Shown piece by piece: positions 1-9,329 of a DNA stretch of 64,000 nt; the first letter of the stretch is position 1; each line of letters opens with the position of its first letter. Location: the NCBI GenBank assembly GCA_964583975.1, contig CAZOXU010000007.1:11051-75050 (forward strand). Direction: 5' to 3'. The DNA is from an uncultured Planctomycetales bacterium. Lineage in GTDB: Bacteria; Omnitrophota; Gorgyraeia; Zapsychrales; Fredricksoniimonadaceae. The translations under genes and the position numbers were made by a program. The notes below the pieces were generated by a model. That model was not told the origin of the DNA and ran no database searches. It saw nothing but the letters and a program-made list of their open reading frames with translations.

Positions 1-611
1 TGTGAAATTAATATCCCAAGATTTTCCTGAACATCATTCCAAAAGGAAATCCCTGATGATTGATTTGATACAAATATCTTGGTACCTAACTTTATTTGCT
101 GTCCCAAGCTTTTAGAATTGTTAGATGTATTCGAAGCGCTTGAACCATTGGCAGATTCAACGGAAGATTCGTTGCTGGTTGTATCATTAAAATCTTGAAC
201 TATTGGTGGCAAAACAATTCGAAACACTCTAGTTTCTACAGCTAAAACAATTAAGTCTCCATCCTTGATCTGAAGACCATAACCTAAAGGGTACAACAAA
301 ATATTTAAGGCCTTAGAAACAGTAACATTTAAAAGATCTACGGATACCTTACTGTCTTCAACTCCAGGTCCTAAAATTAAATGATAAGACACCTTGTCAG
401 ACAAAATTTTTAACACTTCACTTAGAGGCAATCCTTGAACCTTAATCGTAATGTTCTCAGAAAATTCCTTAGGTAAATTCAGAATTTCTTCTTTTAAATC
501 GTTACGATATGCATTGGGTGGTGTAGATCTTCTATCAGATGTAATACTTCGATTCTTCTGATTATTCCATTCCTGATCAACGATTTGAACCTTCTGGGCT
601 TCATTCATCAT
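1..611 (-). CDS. Partial CDS: N-terminal 203 aa of a protein with a secretin-N/STN-like domain; C-terminus runs off the window
   Basis: Manual minus-strand translation from ATG at 611-609 gives MMNEAQKVQIVDQEW...KVQGLPLSEVLKILSDKVSYHLILGPGVEDSKVSVDLLNVTVSKALNILLYPLGYGLQIKDGDLIVL. This is the pattern of secretin N0/STN domains. The start overlaps the stop of the upstream lipoprotein gene. No in-frame stop before position 1. Confidence 0.4.
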   Translation of the reverse strand, partial: MMNEAQKVQIVDQEWNNQKNRSITSDRRSTPPNAYRNDLKEEILNLPKEFSENITIKVQGLPLSEVLKILSDKVSYHLILGPGVEDSKVSVDLLNVTVSKALNILLYPLGYGLQIKDGDLIVLAVETRVFRIVLPPIVQDFNDTTSNESSVESANGSSASNTSNNSKSLGQQIKLGTKIFVSNQSSGISFWNDVQENLGILIS

Positions 612-1017
612 CTTTAAGGGTGCTGCTAGAACTTCTTGGCAGGGCAGTGATATTAGCAACATCCATGCCCATGTAAGAAACTTGATTTTCACCATTGCTA
701 TTCTCCTGTGTTTTTATTGGGTAAGCTGGATCCAAGCTCCATTGTCCTGGTTCAATTATCACCAGTTCGTTATGCTCTGGAATCATGACCCCATTAGTCA
801 AATGAGCTGGAACCCTAACTTCCTGCACTATAGGTGCCGTCCAATGATAGTAAGGGAAATTACCACCTTGAAATTCAGCAGCAATATCCTTAATCTGCTC
901 GCTTACTCCCTTCCTATAACCCTCCTGATAAACTTCTTTATTCTGTTGATTCGAGAAAGTTGAACAGCCTGTTAATAAAATCATCAAAATTAGCGGACAG
1001 CTTTTACTTAACTCCAT
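601..1017 (-). CDS. Lipoprotein (lipobox LLTGC), paralog of the TraV-like lipoprotein at 3498-3914
   Basis: Signal peptide plus Cys lipobox. Shares the motif P-I/V-x-x-E-x-x-V...N-x-x-V-I/L...W...IEP-x-x-W with the 138-aa lipoprotein upstream of traC. Start probably at MELSK rather than the ORF-track MLRSIH. Confidence 0.45.
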   Translation of the reverse strand: MELSKSCPLILMILLTGCSTFSNQQNKEVYQEGYRKGVSEQIKDIAAEFQGGNFPYYHWTAPIVQEVRVPAHLTNGVMIPEHNELVIIEPGQWSLDPAYPIKTQENSNGENQVSYMGMDVANITALPRSSSSTLKDDE

Positions 1018-3508
1018 ATGGATACTCCTTAGCACAGATTTTTATCGCCTCTTTAAGATCTCCATCAAAATCTTTAGCCTTATTAAAAAGATATTCATTG
1101 TTCTTTGGCTCACTGTTAGCAGCCCAATATAACCAAGGGTCAGGAATTAAACGAATAATGCCGCTGGAAGAATCTGTAATGACAAAGGCCTCGGAATATT
1201 TTCCCTTAATTGTCTCAACACTTTTAAGAGCATCAATAATTCCACTGGGTAGAGAAAGCCGGTCTTTCATCGTATCAATGAGGCTAGCTTCTTGTTTAAA
1301 GAAAATCTTGTTGGAAGAATTCGCAATAATCGCTAGTCCTGATTCATAGCGGGTCAAATCAGCCAACTCTTGGGTAATAGCTACTACGGAACAACGATAT
1401 TTTCGAAATGTTTTAAAAGCATTGGTAATAAACTCTGAGGTGTTTTTAACCTTTAATAAAGACCAAGCTTCATCAAGCATTAAATATTTTCTCTTTGGCC
1501 TCATTTGCTTATGAGAAACAAAGGTCGTTATAAAGAACATCAAATTTAGCAATACCGCCAACTGCAAATCAGGGTAGGAACTTAAATTAGCAAGTTCAAA
1601 TACAGTAAACTGTCCAGAGACCTGAAATTCATTTACACCATCAAAAAACCTCCCATAAGGCCCCTTGATAGTAAAAGGTGTCAAGCGTAACGCAAGAGTT
1701 GGCCCCATCACTGAATTAATTCCAAACGTATCATTAAATTGACTGTCATTAAGAGTACGGACAACGTCCGAAAGAAAAATCTCCGAATTTATCTTTTGTT
1801 CATAGGTTTTAATGACCGCCTTTTGTAACAATCCCTCTTCTTCTCTACTCAGACGATCACGTTCATCCCCTCCGGATGCCATTTGGGACAACAACATCAT
1901 TAAAAAAGATAAGTTCTCTGGTGTTGGCTCATTAATAAAAGGATTAATTCTTACGGGATGATTTAAATCAAAGTTAATGTATTGCCCCCTGAGAATATTG
2001 TTTAACTTTCTGTAAGATTCTCCTTTATCAAGAACAAAGAAATGAGCCCCCAAACGATCATTTTGCAAAATAAAGTCATTGATAAAAAAACTTTTTCCTG
2101 AACCTGAAGCGCCAATCACAACCCCATGCGGATTAATATTCGAATCAAAGAAATCCAAGAAAACAATCTCACCACGACGGTTTAAATATTGCTGACAAGG
2201 CGTTTTAGTTCCTTTAAATGAACCGTAAACCGGAAGCATATCTGCCGCACTTGAAGCCATAAATCTTTTAGCCCTACGAATAAATTTTTCAAAGTAATCA
2301 TCAAAATTAAGAGGCAAACAAGTCAAAAATAATGATGAACCAATTAGGTCTTCTTTAATACCCTCACAACCCAAACGATTAAGAGTATTAATGATATGGT
2401 TTGCACTTTCTTCAACACGATTTTCAGACCTGTCCGATAAAATAAAATGAAACCGAGCATGAATAATTTTCTGCCCACTTTTAAACAAATCACCCACAGT
2501 CTCGTCCATCTCTTTTTTCTGTTCCACTACCTCTACGCTTTTATCTCCTATCCAATTGTTCTGATGGATAAAAGCAAAACTCTTTTGCATATTCAAATGA
2601 TTCATGGCGTCTTGCAAAGGAGGTATTATAAAATTAACAACTATCATTAAATTAGATGGGATATCCAAAAGACAAAACCTGGTCCCCTCATAAAGTTCAC
2701 GACTAAACATTCCAACTGTTGTATTTAAAGGAAGTTCTTTGAGGCTGACAACGCGCATTAATGTATCTTCCAAATCAAACCCATTAGATGAAGCTTTAGG
2801 AATATTAAATAGAAGCTGATCACGTAAAACTGTTCTCTTACCAACCGAGGGAGCAGACAATAATTTAGAACGCTGTGGATTAAGTACTCTATAAACAAAA
2901 TTGACTAACCCTTGATCACCTAAAACGTGATACTCAATACCTGCAACCTGTAATGCACCTTGAATTAATTCACTGTATTTATCGAATACATCTCTATATT
3001 CATTAAATTCCTTTTGAATGTTCTCATTTATTTCCTTACGAGTTTGTAAAATGTTGACGGTTTTTCTCCAAAATGAAGGATAAATATAGTTAGGGAAAAA
3101 ACGAATTGTAAAATATACATCAATCTTCTTAGGAACAAAGTTATTGTCTTTTTGAATATGTTCAATCTTTCCAGAAGAAAAAACATTAATTCTTGATCCT
3201 TCTTCACAAAAACTATCGTACGTATGTAATCTTTCTTGGATATGCTGATGGCTGCATAAAATAACCTGGCAAGCTAATCTTCCTATTGGTAGACGATTAA
3301 GAACATTCTCCATGTGCAAAGATAAATTCTTTAGAAAATCATCCTCTTTCCCTTCAGTTTCATAAGAACTAATTTGCCAAACCTTCCCCATTGAACCGTC
3401 AGATAAAATAAATACATTGTTTTCATCAGATTCGATATAGGGCAAAAGGTCAGAAAAACAGTACCCTTCTTCGAAGATCTTCTCTATATGCTGTGTCTTA
3501 ATTGCCAT
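1004..3508 (-). CDS. traC: T4SS ATPase TraC/VirB4 family
   Basis: 834 aa, Walker A GASGSGKSFF, Walker B-region LMLDEAWSLL (the DEAW signature of VirB4/TraC/TrbE). Size and position after the traV-like gene as in F. Confidence 0.8.
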   Translation of the reverse strand: MAIKTQHIEKIFEEGYCFSDLLPYIESDENNVFILSDGSMGKVWQISSYETEGKEDDFLKNLSLHMENVLNRLPIGRLACQVILCSHQHIQERLHTYDSFCEEGSRINVFSSGKIEHIQKDNNFVPKKIDVYFTIRFFPNYIYPSFWRKTVNILQTRKEINENIQKEFNEYRDVFDKYSELIQGALQVAGIEYHVLGDQGLVNFVYRVLNPQRSKLLSAPSVGKRTVLRDQLLFNIPKASSNGFDLEDTLMRVVSLKELPLNTTVGMFSRELYEGTRFCLLDIPSNLMIVVNFIIPPLQDAMNHLNMQKSFAFIHQNNWIGDKSVEVVEQKKEMDETVGDLFKSGQKIIHARFHFILSDRSENRVEESANHIINTLNRLGCEGIKEDLIGSSLFLTCLPLNFDDYFEKFIRRAKRFMASSAADMLPVYGSFKGTKTPCQQYLNRRGEIVFLDFFDSNINPHGVVIGASGSGKSFFINDFILQNDRLGAHFFVLDKGESYRKLNNILRGQYINFDLNHPVRINPFINEPTPENLSFLMMLLSQMASGGDERDRLSREEEGLLQKAVIKTYEQKINSEIFLSDVVRTLNDSQFNDTFGINSVMGPTLALRLTPFTIKGPYGRFFDGVNEFQVSGQFTVFELANLSSYPDLQLAVLLNLMFFITTFVSHKQMRPKRKYLMLDEAWSLLKVKNTSEFITNAFKTFRKYRCSVVAITQELADLTRYESGLAIIANSSNKIFFKQEASLIDTMKDRLSLPSGIIDALKSVETIKGKYSEAFVITDSSSGIIRLIPDPWLYWAANSEPKNNEYLFNKAKDFDGDLKEAIKICAKEYPYGVK

Positions 3509-3914
3509 TGTCTTTGGACTCTACTTTTGATGAAACAGGTATAATTACTGGGAGCTTTGTATCCATGATCCTCCCATCCACAAACCATTTAGATGGTTCA
3601 ATCATTAAATAAATCCAATGGCCTGCCACAAGCACATCCGGATTCTCTTCAGATTTCTGATCGGGAATCCATACCTTACGTACAACAGGCTCATTAATCA
3701 CAGGTATGTAAGGCTTGACGTATCCATACGTCTTTTGTTCTTTTAGATTTCTCTCTATATATTGGGAGACATCTTTTTGGGATTGACCAACTGCAGAGGC
3801 ATAAATATCCATCATGCTCTGTTGCTGCATCTTTTCTTTCTTTATACTTTTACTCGATGCGCATCCACTGATGGAAAAGACACAAATTATAATAATTAAA
3901 ATAAACGAAAACAC
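3498..3914 (-). CDS. TraV-like outer-membrane lipoprotein
   Basis: 138 aa, signal peptide with lipobox SISGC. Immediately upstream of traC and translationally overlapping it, matching traV-traC order in F-like systems. Confidence 0.45.
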   Translation of the reverse strand: MFSFILIIIICVFSISGCASSKSIKKEKMQQQSMMDIYASAVGQSQKDVSQYIERNLKEQKTYGYVKPYIPVINEPVVRKVWIPDQKSEENPDVLVAGHWIYLMIEPSKWFVDGRIMDTKLPVIIPVSSKVESKDNGN

Positions 3915-3997
3915 ACGAATAACTCTAATGGGGGAAGTTAAATTACTGAGCGCTGCTTACAGGATTTGGGAAATCCCTTAAATACAACTAAAAATCT

Positions 3998-4387
3998 TTA
4001 ATGAATACATTCATAATTCTTATTATCTTTTAAACCTTTATCAAAAGTATAGGTCTTAAGATTTCTGGATGCGCCAATTTCTCCAATCAAAGCATCACAA
4101 AACGAAAATCCTTTAAAAGATTTTGATATGGCTAAATGTATAGACGTTTCATATTCAAAATATAGTTGGGGTATTCTTAAAAGATCATCTAACGAATTTA
4201 AAGCATATTCTTTTGATAAACCATATTTCTTAGTTAACACATAATAAACTTCCATCAAAACACCATGACAAATAAAAATCTCTTTGGCTCCATGTCCTTC
4301 AATTAAGGCCTTAGAACTTTCGACCCTTAACGGATCATCTTGCGCAATAATTCTTATTAATATATTTGAATCTAAAGCTATTTTCAT
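3998..4387 (-). CDS. vapC: PIN-domain toxin VapC
   Basis: MKIALDSNILIRI...D...FCDALIGE acidic-residue pattern of PIN nucleases. The 4-nt ATGA overlap with the upstream antitoxin gene is typical of TA pairs. Confidence 0.75.
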   Translation of the reverse strand: MKIALDSNILIRIIAQDDPLRVESSKALIEGHGAKEIFICHGVLMEVYYVLTKKYGLSKEYALNSLDDLLRIPQLYFEYETSIHLAISKSFKGFSFCDALIGEIGASRNLKTYTFDKGLKDNKNYECIH

Positions 4388-4644
4388 ATTTCTGTATGCC
4401 CCCAAGATTCTTCTCTAGCAATTCTAATTTCTTCATCGGTTAATTTCTTTTTTGTTTTACCAGCATATTTCTTAATAAAATCATCAATTGTAAAATGTTC
4501 TATCTTGGGTTTTACTTCCATATGTCCATTCTTTTCTTCAAAAACAATCTGGTCACCTGGATTTAATTTCAAACGAACCATAACTTTTAAAGGAACTGTA
4601 ATTTGTCTCTTCGATGAAATTTTGGCAGCTATTACCATAAACAC
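4384..4644 (-). CDS. vapB: AbrB/MazE/SpoVT-type antitoxin VapB
   Basis: 86 aa. RQITVPLKV...GD swapped-hairpin DNA-binding signature. Precedes vapC with an overlapping stop/start. Confidence 0.7.
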   Translation of the reverse strand: MFMVIAAKISSKRQITVPLKVMVRLKLNPGDQIVFEEKNGHMEVKPKIEHFTIDDFIKKYAGKTKKKLTDEEIRIAREESWGHTEI

Positions 4645-4651
4645 CTCTTTC

Positions 4652-4690
4652 TTTGCTATAAGAACAATTATTCTTTGTTCTTATAGCAAA
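4652..4690. promoter_or_regulatory. Perfect 16-bp inverted repeat TTTGCTATAAGAACAA-N7-TTGTTCTTATAGCAAA immediately upstream of vapB: candidate antitoxin operator
   Basis: Read directly in sequence, 8 nt upstream of the vapB start. Confidence 0.5.
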
Positions 4691-4864
4691 TATACCATAT
4701 CTTCTTCAAAGAGCAAATATTAATATAACTTTTGAGGAATTATTTTGACTTTCTAAAACTTTAAATTCTGGGGAAGAATTTATTTATTGATGAAACTACA
4801 ATTAATATACTTAAATATTTAAAAATGTCAAGCAATTAAATTGACTTAAAATCAATATTACAAA

Positions 4865-5902
4865 TCACCATTTAAATGCAACACCAGTGCGTTGGCATTG
4901 CTTGCAGATGGACATACTGGTACGGCCCTTTGTCTTCATAAGTTCACGAGTAGCTTGAGCAGCAGGACCATTCCAAATTTCCTTAACGCGAGATTGGTTG
5001 GTTGCGTAAGTTGTATATGGTTTAATATTACTCCAGATCACTCCTTCACAACACTGAAGAACATCACCATTGAAATTAACCTGCATCGCCTTCCACAACC
5101 AATCACAAGACATAGGTAACGTTGATGTAGGCAATGGGGTTTCCTTATCTTCTAACCCCCCACGGGGATTGCCCTGACGAAAACTCAGCATCAAATCATT
5201 GTCTTTGCAGAATTGGCGTATCAAAGGAATTTGATGTTCGTTATATTGATAAGTAATCCAATCAATGAGAATAACCGCATGGGATTTTAATTCTTTTTTT
5301 ATGTTAGTTACCATGCGGATATTATTTTTAAGCTTTTCTACTTCCCCATAACGAATTTGAATGCTGTAAATATCTTGAGTGAAGCCGCCTAATTGGATTT
5401 TGATAAAATCAATGCCAGAGGACAGCAAAGCCCGCGCATTTTCTGGAGTAAATAAAAGACCGTTGGTTGAAATCATGGTCATCACCTTACGCTCGGTTGA
5501 GAATTTGACCAAATCAGCTAAATCTTTATATAGGAGTGGTTCGCCATTAGTGTAGAGCACCGCAATCAGCACGTCTTCTTTGATCTGATCGATGATATCC
5601 TTAGCCATTTCAACAGGCATCTTGCCTTTAGATATGGATCCTAAAGAAGGCTGCTCTGGATTGATGTTATAGATCTTGCCCTTAGCATCACGGCAAAATA
5701 AACATCCGGCATTACATTCATTCCACAATTCTAAACTTAAAATAAAAGGTGAAGCTGCTGATATTTTTGTCTTTAAGAAGTACGAAACTGTGCATACAAC
5801 TACATTCCACATCTTACGAAAAGTAATCTTGCCTATCGAAAGTGCTGTAAAAAATAACCGGATTTTTAAAAGGAAATAGTGATTATGCTTTGGGGTTTTC
5901 AT
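4865..5902 (-). CDS. Radical SAM enzyme with C-terminal SPASM domain
   Basis: CNAGCLFC (CxxxCxxC) cluster, C-terminal Cys-rich CCEGV...CKQCQ SPASM-like region. The ORF-track start at 5983 overlaps the GT2 gene, so the true start is probably an internal Met (5902 or 5812). Confidence 0.7.
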   Translation of the reverse strand: MKTPKHNHYFLLKIRLFFTALSIGKITFRKMWNVVVCTVSYFLKTKISAASPFILSLELWNECNAGCLFCRDAKGKIYNINPEQPSLGSISKGKMPVEMAKDIIDQIKEDVLIAVLYTNGEPLLYKDLADLVKFSTERKVMTMISTNGLLFTPENARALLSSGIDFIKIQLGGFTQDIYSIQIRYGEVEKLKNNIRMVTNIKKELKSHAVILIDWITYQYNEHQIPLIRQFCKDNDLMLSFRQGNPRGGLEDKETPLPTSTLPMSCDWLWKAMQVNFNGDVLQCCEGVIWSNIKPYTTYATNQSRVKEIWNGPAAQATRELMKTKGRTSMSICKQCQRTGVAFKW

Positions 5903-6854
5903 CTTTGAATCCATAAACGGAATTGACGATATAGCGTGGCCGACCCTTGCTTTGCTCATGCACTGAATGCAGATATAAACCAATAGCTCCTAAACAAAAC
6001 AACTGTACTGCACTGACAAATAAAATAACAATCATCAAGGCTGTCCATCCAGGGACAGATTTACCTTGCAGCTTCTCTAAGAGAGCATAAACCATTAAAG
6101 CCACATCAACCAAAATGGTCGCGAAACCACAATAAGAAGCAATTTCTAAAGGTACTGAAGAAAAATTAATCAAAGCAGAATTAAGGAAATTTGAAATTGC
6201 TTTAGGGCCTAAAAAAAAGAATTTTGTTTTACCTGCAAAACGAGGTTGTCGCTCATAATAAATAAACGCTTGTTTAAACCCAATGTGAGCTATTAGCCCA
6301 CGAATCCAAGGGCGAGCCTCCTGCATCGTCAAAAGATGATCAACAACCCTCCTTGATAATAGTTTAAAATCACCCGCCTCTCGAGGTATAGTTACTGATG
6401 AATAGCGATTTAAAATAGCATAACAAATACGAGTCAAAAACATTTTAAATGCAGATTCGCCTAAACGTTTATTACGTACCGTGTGGACAACATCAATTTG
6501 ATCCCCTTCGCTCATAGCTGCCAACATCTGTGGAATCAGTTCTGGAGGGTCCTGCAAATCACAATCCATATATACAACAGCATCCCCTTTGGTACGGGCC
6601 AAACCTGCCATCACACAAACAAACACACCAAAAGTACGCGACATAGTGATAATTTTGATATCGTTATGATTTCTGTCTTGATCAATAAGGATTGCTACAG
6701 ACTGATCGGTAGAGCAGTCATCAACAAAAACAAACTCCCAACCAGAGATTTTTTGATTGTTTTTTAAATCTAAAAGCACCTTGCGGGTTCTGGAGATAAA
6801 CTCAGGCAACACATCTGCTTCATTACGGAAAGAGAATACAAAGGATAAAAACAT
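5883..6854 (-). CDS. GT2 polyprenyl-phosphate sugar transferase (GtrB/ArnC/DPM1-like) with C-terminal TM helices
   Basis: VFVDDCSTDQS and DCDLQDPPE motifs of GT-A family 2. Two C-terminal TM segments as in bactoprenol-P glycosyltransferases. Confidence 0.75.
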   Translation of the reverse strand: MFLSFVFSFRNEADVLPEFISRTRKVLLDLKNNQKISGWEFVFVDDCSTDQSVAILIDQDRNHNDIKIITMSRTFGVFVCVMAGLARTKGDAVVYMDCDLQDPPELIPQMLAAMSEGDQIDVVHTVRNKRLGESAFKMFLTRICYAILNRYSSVTIPREAGDFKLLSRRVVDHLLTMQEARPWIRGLIAHIGFKQAFIYYERQPRFAGKTKFFFLGPKAISNFLNSALINFSSVPLEIASYCGFATILVDVALMVYALLEKLQGKSVPGWTALMIVILFVSAVQLFCLGAIGLYLHSVHEQSKGRPRYIVNSVYGFKDENPKA

Positions 6855-6924
6855 GGGCCTATTGTGTCAAAAATACGCACCATTAACAATAAAAAATTCC
6901 CAATATGGATGTATTATTAAGATT

Positions 6925-8040
6925 CTACTTCCTTCTGTTTCCTCTAGCAAGACCAGTAATCGTCACACCTTTTTGAACAATAAAAAATACCGCAGCTCCA
7001 TTCTTAATATGGATAGCTGGAACCATGTCTTCGGCTTGTCTTTGATAATACTCTGAGAGCTTGCCTGCACTTTGAGCTAAGCCAGAAAATGCTGCAGCTT
7101 TACCTGGACTACCAGTCACTTCCTGCGCACTGTCACCTTGTAGACTCTTATGAGTAGTCACCTGACTGTCAGCAATAGCTTGGGCACCACCTGAAACGAA
7201 CCCGCCCATAAAAGAAAGAGCCAGCTGGCGACCTGTGCTGTAAATAATCTGTCCTTTAATACCCAATTCACCTGACTCATCAGTGACATATCCTAATTCC
7301 TGCTCATTCTCAAAGACATACCCGCTAGGCAATACACTTGAAATCGCTACAATTTGAATCAACGCGCGCTGGGAAACTAAGTCTCCGTAAGCCTTACCTA
7401 ACACAAAAGCTCCTTTTAATGGAACGCGTGATTTATTAGGCCCATAAAAAGCTTCATCTAAAGAAATTAACACTGGCAAAGGATTATTCATATCAGCAGC
7501 CGCATAAACACCAGTCAACAGTGTACCTTTACAAAAACTACCAATGGGTAGATAAACCCAGTCTTCTTGATTAGTTGGGGCAATATTAGCGACTGATAAT
7601 TCCAATGTCCTTTGAGAAGAATTCTTAGTCTGATCGTCATCTTGCTCCTCTAAATGGTTATTAAATTCATCAAATCTTTGCTGCATCCTTACTCCTAAAT
7701 CTTGATCAAGCTTAAGAACACTTTGGACAATTTCTTTTTGAGAATTACTCAGATGATCTGCTGAGGTTTGTATCTTCTTAACCTGATTTTCCATATTCTT
7801 AACCCTATCCTCGAAGTCATAATAATTCTTCTCCAAACGTTCTATATATGCCTGCTGCTCTACCCCTCCAACTGAAATACCAATATCTTTAACCACGCTA
7901 GTTTTTACCATTTCTTTATTTTGGGGCTCAACTTTCTGGCTCAGTATTAAAAATACAAAACCAATAATTAAAAAAATAACTACAATTATAATAATGATAG
8001 GTTGCTTCTTAAGGCTATTTCTAAATTCCTGGATTTTCAT
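6925..8040 (-). CDS. traB: TraB/VirB10-like T4SS inner-membrane to outer-membrane bridge protein
   Basis: N-terminal TM, coiled-coil/charged region, C-terminal beta-rich domain (LPIGSFCKGTLLTGVYAAADMNNPLPVL...). Position between traK-like and traV-like genes. Confidence 0.6.
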   Translation of the reverse strand: MKIQEFRNSLKKQPIIIIIVVIFLIIGFVFLILSQKVEPQNKEMVKTSVVKDIGISVGGVEQQAYIERLEKNYYDFEDRVKNMENQVKKIQTSADHLSNSQKEIVQSVLKLDQDLGVRMQQRFDEFNNHLEEQDDDQTKNSSQRTLELSVANIAPTNQEDWVYLPIGSFCKGTLLTGVYAAADMNNPLPVLISLDEAFYGPNKSRVPLKGAFVLGKAYGDLVSQRALIQIVAISSVLPSGYVFENEQELGYVTDESGELGIKGQIIYSTGRQLALSFMGGFVSGGAQAIADSQVTTHKSLQGDSAQEVTGSPGKAAAFSGLAQSAGKLSEYYQRQAEDMVPAIHIKNGAAVFFIVQKGVTITGLARGNRRK

Positions 8041-8728
8041 TTGTTGCCCTCATGATTACGTAAACCTTAGATGAATCGCCTTCTCGACCTTTTGGAGTAA
8101 GCATATCCCTTTGTGAACTGACTGCTAAAAGATCTGGTAGAGCTATCTGTTCAATCGGAATAATGACAGAATTCTTAGCTAAATTCCTGGCTACTAGTAT
8201 GTATGCTTTCCAATCAGACAATTCATATACCTTATCCACAGTTAACTTGATTTGATCATTGGATAGCAAAACGCTTCCTTGTGCCGGCAACAGGCTTGCT
8301 CCCGCCGGTTCCCGATTCAGCAAAAGGTCTTTCATTAAATCCATCACATCTGAATAATACCCGCCAACTGGACCAGAAGATTGGTTCTTAATGGAACCCG
8401 CCTGTATTTTAATATCATGATTCGATCCTATGCGCAGATTCAGAGGATAGCTGCTACCCGATACGGTGGTTACAAAAATGTCTGATGGAGTTTGGTTCTT
8501 GGGAAGTAAATACACAGAGTTATCCAAAACCTCTACCAAAACAGAATCTGGATCTCCGCCCTTGACGATCTTAGCAACCTTGGCTGGGAATTCCACCTGG
8601 GTAACCTTACCTTCTTCAACCTTAATATCTGTGGGACGTCCTTCATCCTTTAGCGATGCTGCATAAGAATTAAAACTAAAAAATAAGACAAGCATTACTA
8701 CACTAATAATTAATTTATTTAACATCAT
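8021..8728 (-). CDS. traK: TraK-like (VirB9 analogue) periplasmic T4SS protein
   Basis: 235 aa, signal peptide. Size and position between traE-like and traB-like genes as in F. Assignment is by synteny plus composition only. Confidence 0.45.
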   Translation of the reverse strand: MMLNKLIISVVMLVLFFSFNSYAASLKDEGRPTDIKVEEGKVTQVEFPAKVAKIVKGGDPDSVLVEVLDNSVYLLPKNQTPSDIFVTTVSGSSYPLNLRIGSNHDIKIQAGSIKNQSSGPVGGYYSDVMDLMKDLLLNREPAGASLLPAQGSVLLSNDQIKLTVDKVYELSDWKAYILVARNLAKNSVIIPIEQIALPDLLAVSSQRDMLTPKGREGDSSKVYVIMRATNENPGI

Positions 8729-9329
8729 CCATAACCTCCTGATTTACATCGTCAATAATTAAACCGTAGGGATTAAAATCCGTTGGTGGAGTCGGCTTAA
8801 GTCGTATGTGATAAATAGTCCTTTGTAATTTAATCTCTTCCTTACCCATATACACACCTTTATCTCCTTTAATCACCACATTAAAACCTTGCGAATCTTC
8901 GCGTACCTGCGGGTCTTGATTTAATGAAAACAAAGAGGCAATGTTGTTCTCTTTAACCTGCTGAATATCTTTCTTTAATCTGTTGCGTGTTTGATTTAAA
9001 AGCCTCGGCGACATAAAACGTTGAGCCCGCTTATAAACATCCTCTACTGAGGCTGGCGTAAAATTTGTCCAATTAAGTAACCATGAGGCTGAAAACATTA
9101 CCGCTGTCGTTTGAGGAGTATTCTGTGAATAAGCTATACCTGCAGATCCAACGCCTGGCACGTAATAAATTGGCCTAGGTTTTGTAATCATAAAAACTAA
9201 AGCAGCCGTTAAAACCAAAAAACAAAAGCTCATTACCATAAGCATAGCTCCTAACCTGGTATTGAGGAATTCCGATGTAGACCAGCGATCAATGAACTGT
9301 GAACTTTTTGACATAATCGGTTTTTGCAT
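8715..9329 (-). CDS. traE: TraE-like (VirB8 analogue) bitopic T4SS protein
   Basis: Single N-terminal TM then periplasmic domain. C-terminal YHIRLKP...FNPYGLIIDDV resembles the F TraE C-terminus. Synteny supports the call. Confidence 0.5.
   Translation of the reverse strand: MQKPIMSKSSQFIDRWSTSEFLNTRLGAMLMVMSFCFLVLTAALVFMITKPRPIYYVPGVGSAGIAYSQNTPQTTAVMFSASWLLNWTNFTPASVEDVYKRAQRFMSPRLLNQTRNRLKKDIQQVKENNIASLFSLNQDPQVREDSQGFNVVIKGDKGVYMGKEEIKLQRTIYHIRLKPTPPTDFNPYGLIIDDVNQEVMDDVK

Noticed and set aside
682-1349. Plus-strand ORFs 682-963 and 960-1349
   Set aside because: They lie antisense to the lipoprotein and traC genes. Low-complexity hydrophobic translations typical of shadow frames in AT-rich DNA.
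5883-5983. Apparent 100-nt overlap between the GT2 and radical-SAM ORFs
   Set aside because: Artefact of the longest-ORF call. An internal Met start for the rSAM gene removes the overlap.
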